Positions 40,001 through 51,319 of a stretch of 64,000 nucleotides of DNA are shown here, piece by piece. The stretch is from Cyanophora paradoxa CCMP329 (taxonomy: Eukaryota > Plantae > Glaucophyta): positions 470,169 to 534,168 of the forward strand of contig QPMI01000482.1 of the NCBI GenBank assembly GCA_004431415.1. Reading direction: 5' to 3'. The notes below the pieces were generated by a model. It was not told where the DNA came from and searched no databases. It saw only the letters and a program-made list of their open reading frames with translations. How positions within the stretch are numbered: position 1 is the stretch's first letter; every line of letters starts with the position of its first letter. Both the position numbers and the translations under genes were made by a program.

Positions 40001-40413
40001 CAGGGCTGTCAGCCGGAATATTCCAGCCTGGAACGTTCCCGGAATATTAGAAAATTTTGGGAAAATTTTCGCGTCCCGTTTGCAGGGGGAAAATTTTAGG
40101 AAATTGAATATAATTTAATGATTATTTAATTCATTTTCATCCCTTTTCTGCGCCCCCTCCCCCCCCCTTCTGACCCCACCACGGGCTTTGCATTTCCGTC
40201 TCCAAGCTCCAGAAGGCTGTATACTGTCTCTCAGAATGCTTATTGTGATGTTATCTTAGTGCTTCGCAGCTTTGAACGTGTGTCTGCGGCGCGCAACGCG
40301 CGGTATTGAGAATTTTCCAGGATTTTGTATGGTGGAATATTCCGGGAACGTTCCCGGAATATTCCTCAAAATTTTCTGGTCCATTTTGGGGGGGTAAAAT
40401 TTTGACAGCCCTG
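40001..40413. mobile_element. hAT-type MITE
   Basis: Perfect 11-bp TIR CAGGGCTGTCA...TGACAGCCCTG and a perfect 8-bp TSD GCTATAGT (39993-40000 and 40414-40421). Subterminal GGAACGTTCCCGGAATATT repeats are present. Confidence 0.9.
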
Positions 40414-41251
40414 GCTATAGTGCACTGCGGGGCGCAGTACAGTGCCACAGTGCCACTGTGCCAGTACTAGTGAGGGCCAGTCTGCCCGGCGCGGGCAGAC
40501 AGCCGCAGACAGTACTACTAATAGTCTACTATACTACCGCCGGGGCCGTAGTCACTGAGTACTAAATTAGTCTGCGCAAGCAGCGCAACATGTACATCGA
40601 TATCGCCGACCGTGACGTCGACTACCGTAGTAACCGTACTACCGTGCACGTGCACGTAGCCACACGGTACTGTGACGGACACTGACGGTACCGCCGTACC
40701 GGTAGACCGTAGACGGCGATGCTATGATAGACTGGCAATTACAGTTTGCAATATTCAATGATTAATGATTCACGCGTCATGGGAAAAAAGACATATGATC
40801 GAGGTATATGTTTCAGTCAATAAACGTATATGCGCGAATATGACACCGCGAGCAGACAGCGCTACTAGTAGGCTAGCCTAGTAGTAGCCTACTACCGGTA
40901 GGCTAGCAGAGCCTAGCACGCTTACGCGTACGCCGCGGCGCGTACCGCGGCGTATAGTATACTATGATACGTACGCAGTGTCTCATGCAGAGTCTGCGCC
41001 GCGGCCCGCGGCGCACCGCAAACTCCCGCACTGCCGGAGTCTGCCGCAGTGCGGCTGCAGTGCCGCAGTGCGGCCGCCGGGCAGTGCTCCGGGCACGTGC
41101 ACTGATCGACTCGATGATCGAGAGAGCCTCGGAGAGAGCCCTATATATAGCAGTATATACGGAGCCTCCGGATCCTGGAGTCCGTAGTACTCCGTACTAG
41201 CTACAGCCTCCTGACCCGGGCTGACCGGACTCACCGGACCGGAGCCTCCTA

Positions 41252-41532
41252 CCGTCGGGCACTAAATTACCGCGGCATAAATTACCGCGTTTGAAAACCC
41301 GGCCCGCCATAGAGCAAAATACCGCGGTACCAAATTACCGCGTTTTAAAACTTTGAGGCTTAATAATTAATAATTGTATGAGGCGGTAATGTTGGGGGGT
41401 ACTGTATGGGGCGACGTCTCAGCAGGTAATATTAATCACCGCGGCACCAAACTACCGCGTTTTAACAAATTCTCGGCGCGGTAATTTGGTACCGCGGTAA
41501 TTAAGTGGGCGCGGTATTTATGTGTTCTACGG
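41252..41532. mobile_element. Tc1/mariner-like (TA-target) MITE with AATTACCGCG subterminal repeats
   Basis: TA|CCGT...ACGG|TA termini, imperfect longer inverted ends, and many (A)ATTACCGCG motifs in both orientations. Confidence 0.65.
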
Positions 41533-42528
41533 TATAGGCCTAGCTGCCAGCAGGCTGGAGTCCTAGCTGCCAGCAGGCTGGACTCCGGGAGTCGGTGCCA
41601 CGGTGAGCGTACTAAAGCTCTCGACTCCGTCGAGAGCTCGCGATCGGTCTCCGTCGACTCTCCGATCTTGCTTTCGCCAGGGCCAGCAGATCTAGATCTA
41701 GCTAGAGTCTATAGCCTACTAAGCCTGGTACTACGGTACTAAGCGTACTCAGTGACTAGGCGTACGTATACGGTAGAGCATAGAAGCAACCGTTCAACGT
41801 ACGGTTGGACGTTGACGTTACAGGTTCTGGCGGATCGTCACGGCGTGTACGGTGTACCGTATACGTAGTACGTATGTGGCAGGACATCAACAGCTCACAT
41901 CAATATTCCTGGTTCGGCCGATCCCTGCAGCTGCATGCGCATGCGCCAGCGCTATCCTGCAGCTGTGGAAGCATGCGCAGCGCTGTCCTGTGAAAGCATC
42001 ATGATCATATGCTTGACATGCGCAGTCGATGATGACATCTTCGCGGTCTTGCAAAATTAATTGCATACAGCAATTGCAATGTCGCACATGATCATGATCG
42101 ATATCAATCGCGACCTGCAATTGCTACCGGTGCAAATTGTCAAGGCTCTATAGCTAGATCTGGAGGTGGCGCGTGCTATATCTGCGGCCTTCGGACATCA
42201 CACAACATTGAACTACATGCTGTCCTCAAGCAACTTTTTGGCAAACGTGAAAACGACCCGCGCTGGCCACATGGCCATGGCCAACGGGCCAGCGACTCGT
42301 CCACGTGCGCATGCGTTCGGATGGCCATCATGACATGTACATATTATATAATTATATATACTTATAGAAGCTTAAGCTTAGGCGTCATGATCACAATCTT
42401 GACTTCGAAGCCGTCTTAATTTCAAGCTGCTTTCATCGGCTGATCGTGACCATTATCGCCGTTCGTGGTGTAGGGGATCTTTGGCTCGCGAGTGGCGACT
42501 GGCGATCAGAAATCGAAGCTTAAGGTGC

Positions 42529-42663
42529 ATGTGGATTCTCGGAGCTCTTCTCGTCTTCGCTGCCGGAACAACGGCGGCGTTCTTTGCCTTCCACGTTGAC
42601 GTCGACGTCGAAGCTCTGCATAGGGCAGTTTTCGACACCTACGTATTCGGCGAGATTGCCCGG
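42529..42663 (+). pseudogene. 5' part of a small membrane-anchored ORF interrupted by the retrotransposon
   Basis: MWILGALLVFAAGTTAAFFAFHVD...GEIAR runs into the element, whose first three bases (TGA) supply the stop. Confidence 0.35.
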
Positions 42664-44643
42664 TGAGCCGTTCTGCAACTGTGATCGCTTTCCTCTACAT
42701 CTAGATCTGTGCTTAATTATAATGTTGTCACAATATTAATGTTGAGTGTGACTGGACAGAATCGCTCCCAGCATGCTCTCAAGTCCTTCGTCCGAGTGGC
42801 TACGTGCACCATGGCCATCTATCTACCCACTGGCAGGCACCTCGGAGCTGAAGGGGGGCTGGTCCGAAACCGGCCGTACGCATTTACGTTGGGGTGAGTC
42901 CTGTCCTGTAAGCTGAAGCATATATAGAGAGATCCAAGAACGGCACCTCTGATCATGAATTCTCAAATCAGGACCCGGAGTGTCGTCGTTGGCGAGGGGG
43001 CGCCTCTCCGTTTCTTTTTCTACATCGATATATTCATCTAGATCCGAGGTCTCGCGATCGGGGGCGAGGAGGATCTTCGGCTCCAAAAGCGGAGCCCCGA
43101 ATCACACGGAAGTCACCTCAAGCGACGCCCGACAGTTCCACCCTTCAGCAAGCCCCGGAAACTCCGTTCTCGTGAAACAGGATCGGGGAAGCGCGGATCA
43201 CGGCGGATCGTTCAATCCGGACACGGACAAGTCGCGAGTCACACTCCTGTCCGCCATCGGCGCCGTTGTCGGGAGCGTCGTTCTGAGTGCAATAGGTGAG
43301 ATCATAAATCGAAATAGTTCTGTCACCATTTCGAACTTCGGAAGTCGCTGTTAACGGTGACGATTTCTCGCGCAGTGACAGGCCTTTCGATCTACTACCG
43401 AAGGCGACGCGCTGAATTGAAAGCGCGGATCCGGAGACGATCGAGCTCCTTGAAGTCGCCAGCAGCTCTAGATCTTCTGCAATCACGGCCTCGGCCTGGC
43501 AGAGTCGCAGTCTGGCCCGTTATAATTTCGGCCGCGGCTTCGACTTCCAAAGTCGAGCTGCGGCTGCCGATGCCAGCAGCAGCGTCTTTTCGCGAGAACG
43601 ATTTGGCGGTCTACAACGCGCGAAATTCGGTCGACCCGTTTGTCCAGCAGGCGCAGCGACATGCCCAGATCAACGAGTGGATTGCCAAACATGCGCGGGC
43701 CACATCCATGACCAGCGCCGCTCTCATGATCACGGCCCAGCTCGCTGCAGCTGGCGCTCTTGAATCGCCTGCGCACGCTGCAGCTGTGAACTCCACCGAG
43801 GACGAACCGATCGCGAACCCTCGCGCCCCCTTCTCAATGGTTATAAGGCCTGCTGCCGCGGCGGGTGCGCGCACGTGCACGCCGTCTCATAGAGAGATAC
43901 TTCGCTGCCGCTCCCGCTAGCTCTATATATAGTGATTCACTTGTCGGCAGATTTGAGACTCGCGGTTGACGAGCTCGAGCGCGAAGGTGCGTCGACCGTC
44001 GGACGTCGTGATCGATGATTGTTGCGAGTCAATATTCAGGAGAGCCAGATCTTGATCATGAATTAAAGACGTCGACTCGGCGACGCGCGCGTGTGCCAGT
44101 ATTTATAGTCGCGCCTTTATCTTCTAATCATGAATAGAAGGCCCATTTCAGGCCTGTAGCTCAGCGGCTGGATTCGAAATACTAGTCTTTTAACACGACG
44201 GAAGCTTATAATTGCTAACTTATGCGTATGATCATGATCTATAGCTAGATATCGATGTGTGCCCCTTTGATTTTCCTTTGGCGTCACGGCTTGGTGCCAA
44301 TGCGTGTCGCGTGCCGCGATTCCCTCGGATTAGGCTAGCCGGCAGTCTATGCGTAGCCGCTAGCCCTAGTCTAGTGCTATCGAGCAGCTAGCTCTAGCAC
44401 TCTCTGTATTCTGACTTAGCGCCGGGCGCGACTCCGTTTGGGGGTACGCGATCCCTGGACGGGTACACTTGTGAATAGACCACTTGTGCTCCCAGCTACA
44501 GCCCCAGCCCGTGCGTGACCGCACGGACGCTGCACCGGGTGGGAATCCTCTCATCCGACAGGCGCCATCTGCTCACGGAGCCAGAACCCCGATCATCAGC
44601 GACCCGTCATCAGCAACCGACCCAGCTCGGCGACCGCGGCTCA
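42664..44643 (+). repeat. Putative 5' LTR of copy A (~1.98 kb)
   Basis: Begins TGAGCCG and ends CGGCTCA (7-bp terminal inverted repeat, TG...CA). After 2 nt comes CGGCGCGCAGGTAG, resembling a tRNA-Arg-type primer-binding site (TGGCGCGCCAGGTAG). Confidence 0.65.
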
Positions 44644-45174
44644 GCCGGCGCGCAGGTAGACCTCAGCAGAGGTCGTGGGTCGCTTCTCGCGCCCCGCCTG
44701 CGCCGCTCCGGGCTGATCCGCAGTTGGCGACCGAACATTCTGGAAAGAACCAGAACTTAGTCCTGCGGATCCAGGAACGCGCGCGAATACCGAGGGATCC
44801 CCGTCCCGATCGGATCGTCGCCGTTTCCTGAGCGAGCTGCGTGCGAGCCCGTGGGATCATTCCTGATCGGTCGCTAGTCACTCGCCGCGACGCCAGCCTT
44901 CTCCGGCTGTTGCGATCGTGCTGGACAAGACGAAGAGCGATCGGATCGACGGCTGAGGCGTGCGCGCCCGAGCTGTCTCCGGAATCGCCGCAGCCGAGCT
45001 AGTGAGCTTGCTCGCCGCTGCTGTGGACCACGACGGCCTCGGATCTCGAGCGAGGCACATTCTCTCACGGAAAAGCGTGGCATTACGTCGCCGCTTGACC
45101 TGAGAATGTCCTCGGGGACCGGAGCCTCCGCGGAGTTCGTCGTCCGGGCCGCGCACGCGCGTGGCGCCGCCGAC

Positions 45175-48100
45175 ATGGACTCTATGAGCGGATCAAATGT
45201 TTTGCAATGGATCCAGAGCCTGCCGAAGCTGCCGCCGGGCAGCGATCAGCGCACGGTTCAGGACCACCTCCGCCAGTTCGAGAGCTGCGCGAGCATGAGC
45301 AAGGACTTGCTCAGTGTCTCGCCGACTGCACACATTGAAGTGCAGAAGCGAACTGGGTGGGCTCTTCTCGGCACGCTAGATCACGGGCACCCCGTGCGCC
45401 AGAACATCTCGCTGTTCCAGAGCGCCGAGCAGATCGACACTCGCGAGCTCGAGAAGCTGAAGGCGTACCGGGCCGAGCGTGCGCGCACGAGCACGGCGGA
45501 CCCGCGAGACGTCGCGATCCTCGAGACGCTCGACGAGAAGATCGCGCAAGCCGAGGAGGGCTTGCAGCGGACCGCCCTCACGGTCACGTACACCGCGATC
45601 AGGCGCCGTCTCGAAGATGACGCCGAGATGCGGAACCCTGACCGGTACAAGGCGCTCCTCGACCTGCCGCACGTGGGCGAGGCGCCGGAGGCGTTCTATC
45701 GCCGCGTCCTCGACTTGAGCATCATCCCGGAGTGCCGCGAGGCGCACGAGACACCGCTTATGGCACTCATGCGCCACGCGGGCCAGATGCTCAAGCGCCG
45801 CACTCGCAATCAGTGCCGCGACTTCGAAGACTCCGAGATTTCGGACACCGATCGCCGGCACATGATGACGAACTTCTCCACGGCTCGGAAGATCTATGAC
45901 GAGCTGTCGCAGAAGATCGCGGACCGCGAGATCACGGGACCCTCTGCGGTCATCGACCTGGTAACCAAGCGCACCAATGAACTGGGCGCCTGGGACGTCG
46001 ATATCTCCAAAGTCCCCGGCTCGGCCCTAGTGCTGGGCTCGCGCGGGACGCCGCTGCAGGCGCCCACGGCTGCCTCGCGCACGCCGCAGAGCGCGCCGCC
46101 GATCACGCACACGCCAGCTGTCCCCGTCGTCCCCTCGCGCTCGAACGCGGGCGCCGGCGCGGGCACGCGCATCATGCTCGCGACGACGGTGTCGGAAGCC
46201 GAGATCGCAGAGCTTGAGGCAAACGCGTACGGGTGGGACGCGGACGACGCCGAGGATCAGAACGCCGAGGTCATCTCGTTCCTGCAGCTCATTGCTCGGG
46301 ACGAGCCCCTCGTCGTAGTCCGCGCGCTCTACCCGTCGGCGTCCGCACCGCCGCCCCGCCTTGACGACCCGGTCTATCAGCAGAAGATCAAAGACTTCCT
46401 GAAGGCCCGGGGTCTCCCCGAGAAGCCCCGGCGGCCGTGCCACTGCGGCGAGTCGCACTACTCGTTTGAGTGCCGGACCAACCCGCGGCCTCTGCCCGAG
46501 TGGTCGGCAATCAACCCGGCCAAGCGCCGCGGGCCAACGGGCGCAGGCACCGGTGACCCGAAGCGCCGGTTCTACCCCGCGCCGCAGGGTGGGAACGGCC
46601 GCTCGAGCCCCCGCCCCAGCAAGCTGCAGGGCCCCGGGCGTGCTACAACTGCGGCAAAACCGGCCACCTGGCCGCGTCCTGCCCGGCCCAGGCGCAGACG
46701 CTCGAGGCCGCGGTCCGCCGCGCGCTTGCAGAACACGCCGCCGCCGCTGCAGCCCCGCCCGTGCCGCCCGCGACGCCGGCGCCCTGGGCTGACCCCAACG
46801 CCTTCACGATCGCGCGCGCCATGCTCGAGCAGGCTGCCCGAAGCGGCGCCGCCGGCCCGTCCGCGACTGCACTGCTTCCCGCGCCGACCGGCGGCCACGG
46901 GTCGGGGCCCACGGCGGCCCCGGCGCCCGCCGAGCTTGGCAAGGAAAAGCACGTGTACCGTGTGCGCATCGTGCGCAGCGACGAGGCGTTGGTCGACGAT
47001 ACCTTCCGAGCCTTCACCGCAGCGGCCGCGGCGCACGCCGCCGCGCTGCAGGACCCCCGGGACGGCCCCGCTCTCAACGCGGTCGCCGCAGCCGCCACCG
47101 CTTTCGCGATCGCAGTAGTGCAGCTGTCCGGGGAAAGCCGCCCAGACCTGTGCCCCACGGGAGCCGAGAGGCCGGCCCCCTGCGAGGCGCAGGACCTGTT
47201 GCCGACCCGCCCGGAGTCGGGCCTGGACGAGGGGGAGAAGAAGGTCGCGTTCGACGCAGTGGACGCCGCCCTCGAGGAAATCGCACTCCTCTTGGCGGCC
47301 GCCCCGGACCCAACGGAGGTCGAGGGCGCTGACGCAGCAGCGAAGGGTCCCGCGCCGACGCCCGTGCCGACTTCTTTCCCCGCCGAGCTCGCCGCCGGCA
47401 TCGTGGACGCCGCCCTTGAGGAGGTCGCACTCCTCTTGGCGGCCGCCCCGGACCCAACGGAGGTCGAGGGCGCTGACGCAGAAGCGAAGGGTCCCGAGCC
47501 CGCGACGGAGCTCGCTCCCACCAAGTCGGTCCCCGAGACCGCCGCCGCCGAGGCTCCGGCGGACCCCGCCGCCGGCGTGGGCTGCTGCCTGGGGTACTCC
47601 TCGGGGCCGAGACGGTAGCGAGCCTCGAGGTGACCGACGACGGCGCCTCCCTCGCCGACGAGGACGCGACCGTAGCGTCTAAGGAGACCCTGCGCCTCAA
47701 CCGCGCTCGCCTCCTCAGCGCTAGCCCCGGCCTAGACCTCACTCACTTCGGAGCCGTTGAGTTAGAGCCGGTGAAGGGCCGCGAGCACGAGCTGGGGCCC
47801 GTTCCTCTCTGGAACGTGGACGCGCACAAGCTGAAGGGCGCCGCGTCGGTCCCGCTCGACCGCGCGGCGTTCCTGTACCCAGCGCCGTGCGAGACTCACT
47901 GCGGCTGCACTGTGAGCGAGGGCTGATCGAGGTCCGGGACGAGCAGTGGTATGCCACTGCGTTCCGCTGCCCGGCCCGCACCCGCCAGACGCTCTCCTTC
48001 TTGCTTGCGGCGTTCTCTCAGCCGCTCGCCACCGAGAGCACGTACCTCGGCTCGCGGACCCTCCCCACTGCGTTCCTGCAGATGCTGGGGCATGACCCGC

Positions 48101-48811
48101 TGTCCCAGGACACGCTGGCTCACGCCTGGCCGACGCACTATTATGAAATCATGAGCCTCACGCACCAGGCCTCTCGCGTCGCCGCGAAGTGGGCCGGGGG
48201 CCACGCGTGGCCGCACGCCGAGGGCCTCACGCCCGAGGGTCGCCCGCAGTCGAGCCCGACGCCCACAAGCTTACGAAGCTTGGGGACGAGTGCGTCGCTA
48301 CCGCCGGCTGGCTGGAGCCATACCGCCGCCACTGGAGCATTGGCCAGCACTCGCCCGTGGCGGCCTCTCTCGAGCCGCACGAGATGACAGTGTCGGGCCG
48401 CCGCCAGCTAATCGAGCTGAGCGAGCTGTTGCCGGCACAGGACCGCCTCCGCCTTGCGTGCGCCTCGACTGTTGCGGGCTATTTCCTGCACCGCGTCGAC
48501 TACGGTGCCCCGGGCACCGCCGGCGCCGTCGAGAAGATCCTCGGCCGCTTCTTTAAGTTCGCCGAGCCGCTCATGGTGGACGCGCGGGTCGACGCCTATG
48601 GCTTCGCCCTGCTGGCCCTCGAGCACGCGATCCAGTGGAAGACCGTGGCTTGCATCGGCGGCCGCGCCGGTCCCCACGACGCCCACAAGAGCGCCGTTGC
48701 CCTGGCCGACGGGAACCCTCTTGTCCCCTCGGACTCGGAGTTCACGGAAGCCGTTCACTCGCTTGCCGTCCTGGCTGCCTCCGTTGAGGTTCCGATCCCG
48801 GGGCGGGCCGT
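45175..48811 (+). CDS. Gag-like polyprotein of copy A (frameshifted, truncated by copy B)
   Basis: Gag-like GEAPEAFYRRVLDL, knuckle-like CHCGESHYSFEC, canonical CYNCGKTGHLAASC (46641-46682), and a 48-aa internal duplication VDAALEE(I/V)ALLLAAAPDPTEVEGADA. Confidence 0.75.
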
Positions 48812-50789
48812 TGAGCCGTTCTGCAACTGTGATCGCTTTCCTCTACATCTAGATCTGTGCTTAATTATAATGTTGTCACAATATTAATGTTGAGTGTGAC
48901 TGGACAGAATCGCTCCCAGCATGCTCTCAAGTCCTTCGTCCGAGTGGCTACGTGCACCATGGCCATCTATCTACCCACTGGCAGGCACCTCGGAGCTGAA
49001 GGGGGGCTGGTCCGAAACCGGCCGTACGCATTTACGTTGGGGTGAGTCCTGTCCTGTAAGCTGAAGCATATATAGAGAGATCCAAGAACGGCACCTCTGA
49101 TCATGAATTCTCAAATCAGGACCCGGAGTGTCGTCGTTGGCGAGGGGGCGCCTCTCCGTTTCTTTTTCTACATCGATATATTCATCTAGATCCGAGGTCT
49201 CGCGATCGGGGGCGAGGAGGATCTTCGGCTCCAAAAGCGGAGCCCCGAATCACACGGAAGTCACCTCAAGCGACGCCCGACAGTTCCACCCTTCAGCAAG
49301 CCCCGGAAACTCCGTTCTCGTGAAACAGGATCGGGGAAGCGCGGATCACGGCGGATCGTTCAATCCGGACACGGACAAGTCGCGAGTCACACTCCTGTCC
49401 GCCATCGGCGCCGTTGTCGGGAGCGTCGTTCTGAGTGCAATAGGTGAGATCATAAATCGAAATAGTTCTGTCACCATTTCGAACTTCGGAAGTCGCTGTT
49501 AACGGTGACGATTTCTCGCGCAGTGACAGGCCTTTCGATCTACTACCGAAGGCGACGCGCTGAATTGAAAGCGCGGATCCGGAGACGATCGAGCTCCTTG
49601 AAGTCGCCAGCAGCTCTAGATCTTCTGCAATCACGGCCTCGGCCTGGCAGAGTCGCAGTCTGGCCCGTTATAATTTCGGCCGCGGCTTCGACTTCCAAAG
49701 TCGAGCTGCGGCTGCCGATGCCAGCAGCAGCGTCTTTTCGCGAGAACGATTTGGCGGTCTACAACGCGCGAAATTCGGTCGACCCGTTTGTCCAGCAGGC
49801 GCAGCGACATGCCCAGATCAACGAGTGGATTGCCAAACATGCGCGGGCCACATCCATGACCAGCGCCGCTCTCATGATCACGGCCCAGCTCGCTGCAGCT
49901 GGCGCTCTTGAATCGCCTGCGCACGCTGCAGCTGTGAACTCCACCGAGGACGAACGATCGCGAACCCTCGCGCCCCCTTCTCAATGGTTATAAGGCCTGC
50001 TGCCGCGGCGGGTGCGCGCACGTGCACGCCGTCTCATAGAGAGATACTTCGCTGCCGCTCCCGCTAGCTCTATATATAGTGATTCACTTGTCGGCAGATT
50101 TGAGACTCGCGGTTGACGAGCTCGAGCGCGAAGGTGCGTCGACCGTCGGACGTCGTGATCGATGATTGTTGCGAGTCAATATTCAGGAGAGCCAGATCTT
50201 GATCATGAATTAAAGACGTCGACTCGGCGACGCGCGCGTGTGCCAGTATTTATAGTCGCGCCTTTATCTTCTAATCATGAATAGAAGGCCCATTTCAGGC
50301 CTGTAGCTCAGCGGCTGGATTCGAAATACTAGTCTTTTAACACGACGGAAGCTTATAATTGCTAACTTATGCGTATGATCATGATCTATAGCTAGATATC
50401 GATGTGTGCCCCTTTGATTTTCCTTTGGCGTCACGGCTTGGTGCCAATGCGTGTCGCGTGCCGCGATTCCCTCGGATTAGGCTAGCCGGCAGTCTATGCG
50501 TAGCCGCTAGCCCTAGTCTAGTGCTATCGAGCAGCTAGCTCTAGCACTCTCTGTATTCTGACTTAGCGCCGGGCGCGACTCCGTTTGGGGGTACGCGATC
50601 CCTGGACGGGTACACTTGTGAATAGACCACTTGTGCTCCCAGCTACAGCCCCAGCCCGTGCGTGACCGCACGGACGCTGCACCGGGTGGGAATCCTCTCA
50701 TCCGACAGGCGCCATCTGCTCACGGAGCCAGAACCCGATCATCAGCGACCCGTCATCAGCAACCGACCCAGCTCGGCGACCGCGGCTCA
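48812..50789 (+). repeat. Putative 5' LTR of copy B
   Basis: Same TGAGCCG...CGGCTCA ends and the same PBS-like sequence as copy A. Confidence 0.65.
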
Positions 50790-51319
50790 GCCGGCGCGCA
50801 GGTAGACCTCAGCAGAGGTCGTGGGTCGCTTCTCGCGCCCCGCCTGCGCCGCTCCGGGCTGATCCGCAGTTGGCGACCGAACATTCTGGAAAGAACCAGA
50901 ACTTAGTCCTGCGGATCCAGGAACGCGCGCGAATACCGAGGGATCCCCGTCCCGATCGGATCGTCGCCGTTTCCTGAGCGAGCTGCGTGCGAGCCCGTGG
51001 GATCATTCCTGATCGGTCGCTAGTCACTCGCCGCGACGCCAGCCTTCTCCGGCTGTTGCGATCGTGCTGGACAAGACGAAGAGCGATCGGATCGACGGCT
51101 GAGGCGTGCGCGCCCGAGCTGTCTCCGGAATCGCCGCAGCCGAGCTAGTGAGCTTGCTCGCCGCTGCTGTGGACCACGACGGCCTCGGATCTCGAGCGAG
51201 GCACATTCTCTCACGGAAAAGCGTGGCATTACGTCGCCGCTTGACCTGAGAATGTCCTCGGGACCGGAGCCTCCGCGGAGTTCGTCGTCCGGGCCGCGCA
51301 CGCGCGTGGCGCCGCCGAC

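Larger units (their letters stand above)
42664..48811 (+). mobile_element. Ty3/Gypsy LTR retrotransposon copy A (5' LTR, gag and start of the extension), cut at 48811 by copy B
   Basis: Near-identical to 48812-54955 (offset 6148 nt). The differences I saw are only 1-nt indels. Confidence 0.85.

Noticed and set aside
41252-41532. CRISPR-like array of AATTACCGCG repeats
   Set aside because: Repeats are ~10 nt, irregularly spaced and in both orientations, in a eukaryotic context with no cas genes. They are MITE subterminal repeats.
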